A DNA stretch of 64,000 bases from a virus, in IMG/VR virus record IMGVR_UViG_3300015024_000001, positions 1 through 64,000 of that record, one strand, 5' to 3'. The position numbers were made by a program, and so were the translations under genes. Shown piece after piece: positions 49,678 through 58,737 of the stretch (position 1 is its first letter; the number at the start of each line of letters is the position of its first letter). The notes below the pieces were generated by a model. That model made no database searches. It was not told where the DNA came from and saw only the letters and a list, made by a program, of their open reading frames with translations.

Positions 49678-50285
49678 TACATAACCTCAGTGATACGAGC
49701 AAATCCATTAACAGCAATCCAAACACCTTTTATTTTACCACTATAATCTTCGCCTTTGATAATAGTAAAAGAAGGTACATTGTTTGATAAAGGTGCAAGA
49801 ACAATAGAATAGCTGTTAGGACTTGCATTACTGTCATGAAAACTGAGATATAAAATAGAAGTAGAGTCATTAGCAATAATTGCAGTTTTACGATTATTAT
49901 TTGCTTCAAGAAGAGTTACTGAACTAATACTACTAGTAATATTAGATAAAATAGAAGTATCTGCAAAAGCTTGTACTACAGATAAAGAATTACTAGAAGA
50001 CTTATTACCTAAACTAGAAGGTAGTTTTGTATTAATTGATGATAAGTTACCACCTGTCTCTAAAACTAAAGCTGAGGTATTAAGATTTGTACCTGCATTA
50101 ACAGTAATAGCAGAAGATCCACTACCATTACTACTATTATTACCACTACCAAGTTCACCAAGTAAGAATCGTACTAAAAATAATCTTTCTAAAAGAGAAT
50201 CTCTTAGATTTAAGTCAGCATATTCTAACTCTAATCTTCGCGTTAGAGCAAGTTTTTCTGTTGTTAAATAGTCTGATAATGCCAT
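49677..50285 (-). CDS. putative virion protein
   Basis: Ser-rich linker, then NNNRK..I.NDST..LY domain common in phage structural proteins. Confidence 0.6.
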   Translation of the reverse strand: MALSDYLTTEKLALTRRLELEYADLNLRDSLLERLFLVRFLLGELGSGNNSSNGSGSSAITVNAGTNLNTSALVLETGGNLSSINTKLPSSLGNKSSSNSLSVVQAFADTSILSNITSSISSVTLLEANNNRKTAIIANDSTSILYLSFHDSNASPNSYSIVLAPLSNNVPSFTIIKGEDYSGKIKGVWIAVNGFARITEVM

Positions 50286-50305
50286 TGTTATACACCTTTA
50301 TTATT

Positions 50306-50695
50306 TTATAATACCATAAAATCTTCTTTTGTTTTTATTTCTATAGGTAGTTTAAGATTATCTATAATTGACATACAAACACCTATATATCTATAATCTA
50401 TAATATCGTTTTTATTTTCTTTAGCAAATATTATAATGACATTCTTAGAGCGTGGAAAATAATGACCATAGAAGAGAATTTGTCCAACAGCGTGTTTGAT
50501 ATTTGACCAGTGTTTAGCTTCATACAAAATATCATCTGTTAATATATCTATATAGCCCACAGGTGTATATACTTCGCGTTGATAACCAATACCTTTCTCT
50601 TCTAAGGTTTGACATATACTGTCCACAAATAGTCGTTCATGTGGATTTTTAGGTTTTTGTAATAACAGACGTGGAGGTTTGGGTAGGTCTATCAT
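50306..50695 (-). CDS. PD-(D/E)xK nuclease-like protein
   Basis: REVYTPVGYIDIL...YEAK...AVGQILFY. Confidence 0.75.
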   Translation of the reverse strand: MIDLPKPPRLLLQKPKNPHERLFVDSICQTLEEKGIGYQREVYTPVGYIDILTDDILYEAKHWSNIKHAVGQILFYGHYFPRSKNVIIIFAKENKNDIIDYRYIGVCMSIIDNLKLPIEIKTKEDFMVL

Positions 50696-51147
50696 TTTTT
50701 CCTATTACCGAATTTCTTTTTATACATATCGTCAATGTGATCATTGATGCCAACAATATGAATATTTCGTTTTCCTACTTTTTTATCTAAGCTAGACAAA
50801 GCTCCACTAAAACGTTCATCATATTGTGAAGCTGGATTACCAACAAGATGTTCAACATGAATAGACTTTGCTGTTTTTATAGGTACTTCAGCAATACCTG
50901 TTACTACTTTTCTTTTCTTTCCACTTTTTAGATCAGTATAAGTTTTCTTTAAAAACTCTAGTTTAGGTTTTGTATTAAGGTGCTGTCTAAGATTAGTAGA
51001 ACCACGCATTGCATTAATTACATCTAACCTATCTTCATTGATAGGATTATGTTCATTCCTAAGAAGATCTTTAGTTGTAGATCCCCATTTATTCAGAACC
51101 TTCATCCAATCAGGATCTTTATAGCCGAAGTCACTCATTAAATACAT
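50692..51147 (-). CDS. GNAT-like protein with xxF leader (paralog of 53467-53883)
   Basis: MYLMSDFG; VVTG...HVEHLVGNP...RFSGA...INDHIDDMYKKKFG. Confidence 0.6.
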   Translation of the reverse strand: MYLMSDFGYKDPDWMKVLNKWGSTTKDLLRNEHNPINEDRLDVINAMRGSTNLRQHLNTKPKLEFLKKTYTDLKSGKKRKVVTGIAEVPIKTAKSIHVEHLVGNPASQYDERFSGALSSLDKKVGKRNIHIVGINDHIDDMYKKKFGNRKK

Positions 51148-51152
51148 AATGG

Positions 51153-51497
51153 TCACCAATTATACTTAGTTGCGTAATAGCTTGACCCAAAAGGATCATC
51201 TTTAGCTACCGAACCATCTTTCTTTTTTATACCAGCAAATCGTTTCTGAAAATTATCACGTCGTTTATCATCTTTATGTACAAGATAATCCTCACGTGTA
51301 TTATCACCCCAAGCTACAGTTTTTTTACGTCCATCAGAACGTTCTACAGTAACTTGATATTTCTTACCTTTTCTTGTAGAAAGTGTTGGCTCAGATATTT
51401 TATGTTCCATATCATTGTATTTAACAGTGTTAGCTTTATTTACTAACAATTTATCTACTGAAGCTACTTCAGCAAAATCACACAGAATAAAGATCAT
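51153..51497 (-). CDS. small viral protein with xxF leader
   Basis: MIFILCDFAE; STRKGKKY...WGD...DY..HKD.KRR..F..R...YY...W resembles a family I recall as DUF5754. Confidence 0.65.
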   Translation of the reverse strand: MIFILCDFAEVASVDKLLVNKANTVKYNDMEHKISEPTLSTRKGKKYQVTVERSDGRKKTVAWGDNTREDYLVHKDDKRRDNFQKRFAGIKKKDGSVAKDDPFGSSYYATKYNW

Positions 51498-51850
51498 GTC
51501 TCAGTACTTGTTGTATATTTTTGTTTCTTTTGCAAAGATTTACTAATAACATTAGTACCTGCTCCTACAATACCTGTAGTTACAGCACCAATACCTGCTG
51601 CTAATGCTGCTTCTTTTGCTGTTCTTCCACGATTAGCTTTTTTAAAAGATTCAGCAATATCGCCACCAGCAACTTTTAAAGATTCACCTAACATACGACC
51701 TTTAGGTGCATGTAATAAGTTACGTTCTAAATTAGTAACAGCGATACCACCTAACGCACCTTCACCTGCACCAACAACCATATCACGAGGATCGATTATT
51801 TTCTTTTTTTCTTGTTGCTCACTAGCAAAATCACACAATAGATAAGTCAT
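51494..51850 (-). CDS. Gly-zipper protein with xxF leader
   Basis: MTYLLCDFASEQQ; GAGEGALGG and AAGIGAVTTGIVGAG. Confidence 0.7.
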   Translation of the reverse strand: MTYLLCDFASEQQEKKKIIDPRDMVVGAGEGALGGIAVTNLERNLLHAPKGRMLGESLKVAGGDIAESFKKANRGRTAKEAALAAGIGAVTTGIVGAGTNVISKSLQKKQKYTTSTET

Positions 51851-52353
51851 TTTTTACCTCTATATTTATCTTTTAAAATATTACTCCTCTTCCAAACTTT
51901 ATTCTGTAAAAGTTCAGAATCTGGTACAGTTTCTTCCATCATACCACCATAACCTTTATAGGGATCTGTACGAAAACCAAGATAACCATTTTTAGAAGCG
52001 GCAGAGTCATCTGTCTTACGGATATCTGTAAAATTAGGATTTTTAGATTGATCTTGTTTTGGTGTGCCTTTTTCTAGTTTATATTTCTTTTTTAGAATAT
52101 CTTTATCAGCATCAGTTCCACGCCAATATCTACTATTTTGTCTATTATTCTTTAAAGTATCATTAACTGTTTCTTTCATAAGATTAGAAAGTTTAATATC
52201 TTTTTTGTTATGTGTTATATTAGTAACGTATTCTCCTAAGTTAGTAGGTTTATCTAGCTTACCATTTCTGATTTTAGATCCACTAAGTTCGTACAAATTT
52301 TTCAACTGCTTATTAGCTTTTTTAATATAACCAAAATCTACTAAAAACCACAT
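51847..52353 (-). CDS. basic protein with xxF leader, possible ADP-ribosyltransferase fold
   Basis: MWFLVDFG; YWRGT...GFRTDP..GYGG.MEE.VP. Confidence 0.55.
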   Translation of the reverse strand: MWFLVDFGYIKKANKQLKNLYELSGSKIRNGKLDKPTNLGEYVTNITHNKKDIKLSNLMKETVNDTLKNNRQNSRYWRGTDADKDILKKKYKLEKGTPKQDQSKNPNFTDIRKTDDSAASKNGYLGFRTDPYKGYGGMMEETVPDSELLQNKVWKRSNILKDKYRGKK

Positions 52354-52354
52354 A

Positions 52355-53470
52355 CTATTTATTTCTCTTATTTTGTAAACTAGAACTGTTCTGTGAAAAC
52401 CAATTGCGTATACCTTTCTGTTTAGGTTTCTTGCTTGTGTAAGAACCACCTTCAGCTTTGTACTTACGTGTTGCTATAGATGCTTTAACAGCTGACCATT
52501 GCCCAGCCACACCTCCTTTATCAGAAGCTTTTGTTTGTGCTACTATGGCACGCCATCTAGGGCTGTTTTTCTCTTTACCAAAATCTACATACTCCCGAGC
52601 TTTATCATACACACCTTGCAAGTCACCGTCACCTTTCTTTTCTATGGTTCTAATTTTCTTGCGTAGTTTAAAAGGTATTTGTGACCACTTTTCTGTTGGT
52701 ATTGATATATGTTGTGAATGTCCAGCATCAAAGTCACATAGAAGGAAAGTGGTACGGGAGAAACCAATACCGAGTGTCTCATACACAGGATGTTTATATC
52801 CAGCTTTGGTTTTTATATATCCAGCAGGTTCTTTGGTGTCAGGATCTATATTAATCTTCTTTTTACCTTTTAATGTGGCTATAACTTGCCTAGGTTCATC
52901 TCCCTGTGTAGGTAGATATAAACCTCCTTTCTTAGCATCAGCACTGTACTTAACATTCTTAGCATAAGTATGTTTACCACCAGATGTTACACTGATAATA
53001 GTTGAAGATTCTTTTAACTTTTTAAGAAGTTTTTCATACTCATCTTTATCTATTTTACCAGCTAAAAAATCGTTAATTACTTTACGTTTATCTACTGTCT
53101 CATTGATTTTAGATATGTTAGATAAATCCAAAGGTTTATCACTTTCTAAGTCTGGATCCCATCTACTTTTACTACGATAAAGATTTGATCGTGTTGTTGC
53201 TGGCTCTAATTTGTTGTTGGAAGGTCTTATAGATTTAGCATAGTCATCTACTTTCATTGTTGGTCTAGCACCAACAACTGATGTAAAAGCTTCGCCATGA
53301 ATATCAACTATAGAAGACTTAGCATTTTTGTTTGTTTTTAAAGGTAAAGGAAGACGAAATACCTTACCTTCAGAACCCATCCAGTCTCTAGTTAATCGCT
53401 TACCATCACGACTTAAACCTGCTGGTCTAGGTACTAAATTCTTCATTTTCTTTAATTGTTCAGGTGTCAT
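52355..53470 (-). CDS. basic multi-segment protein with internal xxF motifs
   Basis: internal FSRTTFLLCDF and EYVDFG; C-terminal KGGVAGQWSAVKA...YK.EGG.Y resembles a family I recall as DUF5872. Confidence 0.7.
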   Translation of the reverse strand: MTPEQLKKMKNLVPRPAGLSRDGKRLTRDWMGSEGKVFRLPLPLKTNKNAKSSIVDIHGEAFTSVVGARPTMKVDDYAKSIRPSNNKLEPATTRSNLYRSKSRWDPDLESDKPLDLSNISKINETVDKRKVINDFLAGKIDKDEYEKLLKKLKESSTIISVTSGGKHTYAKNVKYSADAKKGGLYLPTQGDEPRQVIATLKGKKKINIDPDTKEPAGYIKTKAGYKHPVYETLGIGFSRTTFLLCDFDAGHSQHISIPTEKWSQIPFKLRKKIRTIEKKGDGDLQGVYDKAREYVDFGKEKNSPRWRAIVAQTKASDKGGVAGQWSAVKASIATRKYKAEGGSYTSKKPKQKGIRNWFSQNSSSLQNKRNK

Positions 53471-53883
53471 ACTCTTTTACTTCCCAATTTTTTGTTGTAT
53501 AGACGATCAACAGCATTGTTGATAGGATCAATTTCTATATTTTTAGTACCAGCTCTTTTACGTACAGAATCCACTGCACCCTTGAACTTATTATCTCTCT
53601 TTGAGAAAGGATTACCAACTAGATTTCGTACTATCAGACGGTCAAGTTTATCTTTACCTTGCATCATACCAGTAACTACTCTACGATTACGTCCTTGAGT
53701 ATCTTTATATTCTTTCTTAAGTAGTTCTAGTCCTTGTCTATTACGCATACTGTCCAACATCATTTGTCGATGGTAAGCTGTAGTATCATTAAATGGCTCT
53801 ATTGATTTACTTATACGTGACCATTTATCCAATATTTTATTATAATTCGGTTCTTTAAAAGCAAACTCAGCTAGTAGGTACAT
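53467..53883 (-). CDS. GNAT-like protein with xxF leader (paralog of 50692-51147)
   Basis: MYLLAEFAF; VVTG...IVRNLVGNP...KFKGA...INNAVDRLYNKKLG. Confidence 0.6.
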   Translation of the reverse strand: MYLLAEFAFKEPNYNKILDKWSRISKSIEPFNDTTAYHRQMMLDSMRNRQGLELLKKEYKDTQGRNRRVVTGMMQGKDKLDRLIVRNLVGNPFSKRDNKFKGAVDSVRKRAGTKNIEIDPINNAVDRLYNKKLGSKRV

Positions 53884-54193
53884 TTTGAGAATCCATATGT
53901 TGTTTTATTTTTAGCCATCTCTCTGTGCTAAACTTTTCTTGGTTAAAATACCACTGTCTTATACCACTATGACCTTTACTTACATTACAGGAACGACAAG
54001 CAGGGATCAAATTTGAGTACTCATCACTACCAAATTTAGCTAGAGGTGTTATGTGGTCTATAGTTAGTTCTTTATGTTTTTGGGTATAACCACAATAAGC
54101 ACATTGATTGTTCCATTCTTCTTTTAGATGTTTACGCATCATTGCGGCATGTTGACGAGGGATATACAACTCAAGACCGCTTTGCATGATCAA
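53867..54193 (-). CDS. HNH endonuclease
   Basis: CAYCG...TIDHITP...NLIPACRSCNVSK. Confidence 0.92.
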   Translation of the reverse strand: MIMQSGLELYIPRQHAAMMRKHLKEEWNNQCAYCGYTQKHKELTIDHITPLAKFGSDEYSNLIPACRSCNVSKGHSGIRQWYFNQEKFSTERWLKIKQHMDSQNVPTS

Positions 54194-54408
54194 ACTCCAA
54201 ATATAATCTGAACTTATAGTTTAATTATAACCTATAACTGATAAATCCCCTACTTGACTGCGTTTTGCCCGTTTGTCCTGAATATATATTACAATAAAAG
54301 AAAAATACATATGTCAAATAGTAAGTTTCTCATATTAAAAATCTTTTCGATGAAGAAGCCCAACAAAAAGCTGGCAAGTCAAGCAAGAGTTAGGTGGATT
54401 TGATTAAA

Positions 54409-55674
54409 TCAAGCCAAAACCTCATGAGCTTTATTATAATAAGCTATGCGGTCGTCTATACCGTTGAGTCCTCCGTTGACAACTCTTGTGACCATATAGA
54501 TGTCAGCACCTTCCTTATTAATATAATCAGACAGTGTGTTTTTATTCCAAAACCAACCAGCGCTAGTGAAGGGATAGTTATCAGCTACATAATAACAACC
54601 TTGTTTAATAACTTCAGGATCGTTTATATCTTTTGAGAAACTCGTATAATTTCCACGTCCTGTTAATTGTATAAAACCTGAACCTTTAAATTTACAACCA
54701 TCACCTTTTTGTGTGTTACCTAAATCTTCACGACCTTCATAATCATCACCTGAAGCTATTTCCTTAGTATAAATAAGACCTGCAGATTCAGCCCCAACTT
54801 GCCCTAAGAACTGGCAAACATCTTCATGGGTGTTTATACCAAAAGTCTGCAAACACCTCTTAAAATCGATATACAAGGCATCTGATAGCGTATTATTATA
54901 TATATCTTCTAGTTGTGCTTTTGTTGGTATAAAATCCGTAGAAAAAGAAATTAATTGATCATCTTTATATAGAGAAACATGTTCAGCAAAAGCATATAAA
55001 ATACCAAGTATACTATTACAATTTAATTTTATATGTTTTTGAGATGGTGCTTCATAGCTAGTAATGGATAGTGATTGACCAGAAGCTATTGAAATTTTTT
55101 CATTAGAACTTAGTAAAGAAGAATCAATAGGTTTGGTTTTAAACCATGTCTTTTGATTAGCTTTTACGTACAACCCTGTAGTGTTTTGTTCTTGGCTACT
55201 ACTTGCCGAAGATTTTCCCAGCAAATTAGTTGGGTTAATAATATCATCAGCTATTTCAGCAATTGTATTAATAGTTGGATCTTTTGTTATTGAATTAACA
55301 ATAGATTCAGCAGGTTTTTCTACAACTTGTGTTACCGTTGTAATAATATTAGCGGGTTGATCTTGTACAGCTACAATAGGTACAACAGGTACTACAGGAA
55401 TTTCTACAATAGCAGGTTGCATAACAGCTACTTTTACAACATCTGTCTTATCACGTCCAATAATACCTTTAGGTGTATAAATATTAGGCTCTACTAATTT
55501 TAAAGTAGCAGCAACTCCAGTAGCAATAACAGATGAAATCAAGTGTTCTATATCTTTACGACTTAAATTACCATCAATTGCAGAATCAATAGCTGGTTGA
55601 CAACTAGTTATATAGAATAAACCGATAACTGTCCAAAAATGTTTAGTAGTAAATAAATTACGTTGTTCTAACAT
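54409..55674 (-). CDS. endolysin, glycoside hydrolase family 19, with long N-terminal extension
   Basis: FLGQVGAES, YEGREDLGN, FKGSGFIQLTGRGNY, SAGWFW, VNGGLNGIDDR. Confidence 0.92.
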   Translation of the reverse strand: MLEQRNLFTTKHFWTVIGLFYITSCQPAIDSAIDGNLSRKDIEHLISSVIATGVAATLKLVEPNIYTPKGIIGRDKTDVVKVAVMQPAIVEIPVVPVVPIVAVQDQPANIITTVTQVVEKPAESIVNSITKDPTINTIAEIADDIINPTNLLGKSSASSSQEQNTTGLYVKANQKTWFKTKPIDSSLLSSNEKISIASGQSLSITSYEAPSQKHIKLNCNSILGILYAFAEHVSLYKDDQLISFSTDFIPTKAQLEDIYNNTLSDALYIDFKRCLQTFGINTHEDVCQFLGQVGAESAGLIYTKEIASGDDYEGREDLGNTQKGDGCKFKGSGFIQLTGRGNYTSFSKDINDPEVIKQGCYYVADNYPFTSAGWFWNKNTLSDYINKEGADIYMVTRVVNGGLNGIDDRIAYYNKAHEVLA

Positions 55675-55689
55675 TTTAATTTCCTCCTT

Positions 55690-56409
55690 TTAATTTTTAT
55701 TTTCTTTCTTTTTACGATTGGCTAATGCTAAAGCAGTTCCAACACCAGCAATACCTAACACACCTGCACCGAGAGCTAATCCAAGACCTATACCACCTTT
55801 ACCTTTAGGTTTGACTGCTTCTGTTACTGTCTTTACTTTAGATGTATCAAATTTAACTTGAGGTATATCTAATTTGATATCAGGTACTTTTGTAAACTTC
55901 TTAGCAAGCTTTGTTTGAGCTTTACTTACAGATTGTACTTTAATATCTTTACTTGGACTCTTCGGTGTGAGTATATCTTTAGGATCTAATTTATTCTTTT
56001 TCTCTCCAATAGTTGAGGCTGATTGTGGTATATATTTACCTGTTGATATTTTAGAATCATTGATAATTTTATTACCCTTTTCAGATTTCAGTTGCATACC
56101 AGCAGTATTACTATTGTCAGTATATTTAGTTTTTCGAGGTAGTTGTATATTGTCGTCTGCTAACTGATAAGGTGCTAGAATTTTACCTTTAGTACCGAAA
56201 ACTTTGGTTCGTGCTTCAAGAGGGTCAGCATCTCTTAAATTCTTACGGTTTCGTAAGAACCTTTCTGATACATCTTTATTAGATGGATTAACACCTACTT
56301 CGTCCACAGTCATACGTTTTGCTGTTTTTAACTCAGCTTCACGTTTCTTTTTTTTATTCTCTTTATTACCAAAGGTTGCATAAGGCAACATATTAGCTAG
56401 TATAAACAT
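55690..56409 (-). CDS. Lys-rich protein with xxF leader and C-terminal Gly-rich TM segment
   Basis: MFILANMLPYATFG...GIGLGLALGAGVLGIAGVGTALALANRKKK. Confidence 0.7.
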   Translation of the reverse strand: MFILANMLPYATFGNKENKKKKREAELKTAKRMTVDEVGVNPSNKDVSERFLRNRKNLRDADPLEARTKVFGTKGKILAPYQLADDNIQLPRKTKYTDNSNTAGMQLKSEKGNKIINDSKISTGKYIPQSASTIGEKKNKLDPKDILTPKSPSKDIKVQSVSKAQTKLAKKFTKVPDIKLDIPQVKFDTSKVKTVTEAVKPKGKGGIGLGLALGAGVLGIAGVGTALALANRKKKENKN

Positions 56410-56412
56410 ATA

Positions 56413-56946
56413 TTATTCTATCTCAGAAATAACTATAGAAGTGTCAGCCCAACTTTTGCCGAAGCCCAATTTCTGCCATTTATCGAGGTCAGCCATAGAA
56501 GAGAAAGTAGTACCATTAGATAAAGCCTCAACGAGTTTTTCTGCAGTCTTACGTGAAACATAAGGTAGTGATGCTAGTTCATCAACAGTTGCTATCTTTA
56601 ATGTAATTTGTTTTGCACCTTGCACTACATGGTCAGGTGAATTAAGACTTGTAAGATCAATAACAGTAGGTTGTACTTCAGCAATAGTCTCTGCTTGTCC
56701 ATAAGAAGGTTGAAAATGTTGTTCAATAACATTTTTATTAGCAACTGGATTATAATGAGATTCAATTACATTTCTTTCTATGTGGCTTAATTCTGGTGCT
56801 AAAATTGTACCATGATCAACTAATGTTGCAAAAGTTGACTGTAGTGCAAGTTGAGGTAACTCAGATTCAAAATAAGGTTTGGAACGTTGTTGGTAAACAG
56901 AACCATCTTGAGTTACAAATGTACGATGTAAAATATATTTACGCAT
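56413..56946 (-). CDS. helix-hairpin-helix (ComEA-like) domain protein
   Basis: ITLKIATVDELASLPYVSRKTAEKLV. Confidence 0.7.
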   Translation of the reverse strand: MRKYILHRTFVTQDGSVYQQRSKPYFESELPQLALQSTFATLVDHGTILAPELSHIERNVIESHYNPVANKNVIEQHFQPSYGQAETIAEVQPTVIDLTSLNSPDHVVQGAKQITLKIATVDELASLPYVSRKTAEKLVEALSNGTTFSSMADLDKWQKLGFGKSWADTSIVISEIE

Positions 56947-57196
56947 TAGGGTTATTTAAGATATTGTTAGTTTGTGCAATATTAGGTTGCGGTGTCGGTA
57001 CAGTATAAGTTTTCTTTTTTCCTTTACCAATTAAAGGTGCAGCTATATCATCAGCGACTGGTGCTATAGCTTTTCCAATACTTGCAAGAAAAGAACCTCC
57101 AGAATTTGTAACTGGTGTCGCTACTTTCTGTCCTATAGCTTCTCCAGCATCTTCTATTAATGTGGTGGCTATGCCAAAATCAGATATTATGTGCAT
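56939..57196 (-). CDS. small protein with xxF leader
   Basis: MHIISDFG. Confidence 0.65.
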   Translation of the reverse strand: MHIISDFGIATTLIEDAGEAIGQKVATPVTNSGGSFLASIGKAIAPVADDIAAPLIGKGKKKTYTVPTPQPNIAQTNNILNNPNA

Positions 57197-57353
57197 ATAT
57201 TAATTTCCAATCTGTACCTTGTAATTTATATAAATTAGTTGGTTCTTGTTTTTGTGCTAGTGATGTAATACGGATAGGTAAAGGTAATCTTATTACTGAA
57301 CCTTGTTTATGTAGCATTGTATTTTATAAGTAACTATATCTATTATATCTTAT

Positions 57354-57476
57354 TTATGTATTTCGTGTACTACTACCTTCTGTTTTTTTAGGTGGCTCTC
57401 TTGGAGTAGGTGTAAAATCGCCAATACCTATAATTATAATAAGAACTACTGAAATAAAACTGTAGGTTTTTCTCAT
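57354..57476 (-). CDS. small membrane/secreted peptide (40 aa, not in ORF track)
   Basis: MRKTYSFISVVLIIIIGIGDFTPTPREPPKKTEGSSTRNT. Confidence 0.45.
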   Translation of the reverse strand: MRKTYSFISVVLIIIIGIGDFTPTPREPPKKTEGSSTRNT

Positions 57477-57536
57477 AAGACTTTTATTTTTATTATAACT
57501 TATAAAGATACTTATATGCTATATACAGCATATAAA

Positions 57537-57567
57537 AATAAAGTAGACTTTTACATCTACTTTATTT
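57537..57567 (-). terminator. stem-loop terminator after major capsid gene
   Basis: aaataaagtaga / tctactttattt inverted repeat about 20 nt past the capsid stop. Confidence 0.7.
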
Positions 57568-57586
57568 AATATATTTAAAACTATTA

Positions 57587-58720
57587 CTAAGAAATCTTAC
57601 GACTCAAACCAAATTTACTGCATTCAACAGAAACTGGTAAGATTCTAGCAAGTACTTCACTTACATCCTTGCTTTGAACAAGTAGATCTTGATATGTGCG
57701 TTGATATATACCAGCTGCAGCATTATTTTCAATAACTCCACCCATAGCTTTAAGGATCTTACCTTTCTTAATGAAACAGTAGCGATCAGTATTCAAAAAG
57801 CGAATATTACCACCAGAAGTACCGGGAGTTACGTCCATTTCTGTACGTTCATCAAATGTACTAATTTTAGGTATACCACGAGCTTCAAGAACAGCTTGCA
57901 GACGCTCAGGAGCAACAACACCTTGTAATGCAGCACCACCATCTAAGAATAAGCTAGAAGCTGCTTCTTTAGTAGATTTCTGTTGTAACAATTCTTGCCA
58001 AACCTTACGTGACATAACAATGGCATCAGGAGCCATACCAGTTGAATCATAATACAAGTTAATGTCATTATAGATGTCTTGAATACCATTAGCTGTTGCA
58101 CGATTAGCAGCTGTCCAAGGAATATCAACAACAGCAGTAGGAAAGTGATCTCCTGCTGTAATCAATGAAGAATCTTTCCAATCTAGGTCAACACTCATCT
58201 GAGTACGAGGATCTACATAATTAACAGCACCAAATTGAATAACTTGCCAAGTCATATATTCCAATAGTTCGCCAACAGAACGTACTAGACCTGAGAGATT
58301 ACCAAATAATAAAGCAGCAAGACTGTTATTAGAACCTTCAATGACTTTACCATCAGCACCCATCATATTTTGTACATAGATACCACGAGCTTCTGCTAGT
58401 TCAATAGCATCACGTAGATTCCATTGGTCTTCTTCGTCATATTCATGTCTAAGACCAACCTTGAAGGATTCAGCAGTGATCTTACGAAATTGACCCTTAC
58501 GAGTTGAAGGGATAGCTCCGTTAGGTGCTACAACAGAAGCCATCGTATTAATCTGCTTTGTAATGTAAGCTAAGAAGTTACGATTATCGTATGTCTTAGT
58601 CTCTACATATTGATCTAACCATTTAGATCTTTGTTGAAGTTCCCACAAAGTTTCGTCAACAACCATATCTGCTTGACGGCTTTGGAGTTCTTCGTTTAGC
58701 CAAGTGCTAATATAAGACAT
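57587..58720 (-). CDS. major capsid protein (lambda gpE-like HK97 fold)
   Basis: 377 aa, AGGAG RBS, LEYMTWQVI..G.V.Y, PW...A..IQDI, PDAIVMSRKVW; followed by terminator. Confidence 0.88.
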   Translation of the reverse strand: MSYISTWLNEELQSRQADMVVDETLWELQQRSKWLDQYVETKTYDNRNFLAYITKQINTMASVVAPNGAIPSTRKGQFRKITAESFKVGLRHEYDEEDQWNLRDAIELAEARGIYVQNMMGADGKVIEGSNNSLAALLFGNLSGLVRSVGELLEYMTWQVIQFGAVNYVDPRTQMSVDLDWKDSSLITAGDHFPTAVVDIPWTAANRATANGIQDIYNDINLYYDSTGMAPDAIVMSRKVWQELLQQKSTKEAASSLFLDGGAALQGVVAPERLQAVLEARGIPKISTFDERTEMDVTPGTSGGNIRFLNTDRYCFIKKGKILKAMGGVIENNAAAGIYQRTYQDLLVQSKDVSEVLARILPVSVECSKFGLSRKIS

Positions 58721-58737
58721 TTTTTAATTCTCCTAAT

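Noticed and set aside
57354-57476. PatS/PatX-like heterocyst inhibitor mimic
   Set aside because: Tail is EGSSTR, not the required RGSGR
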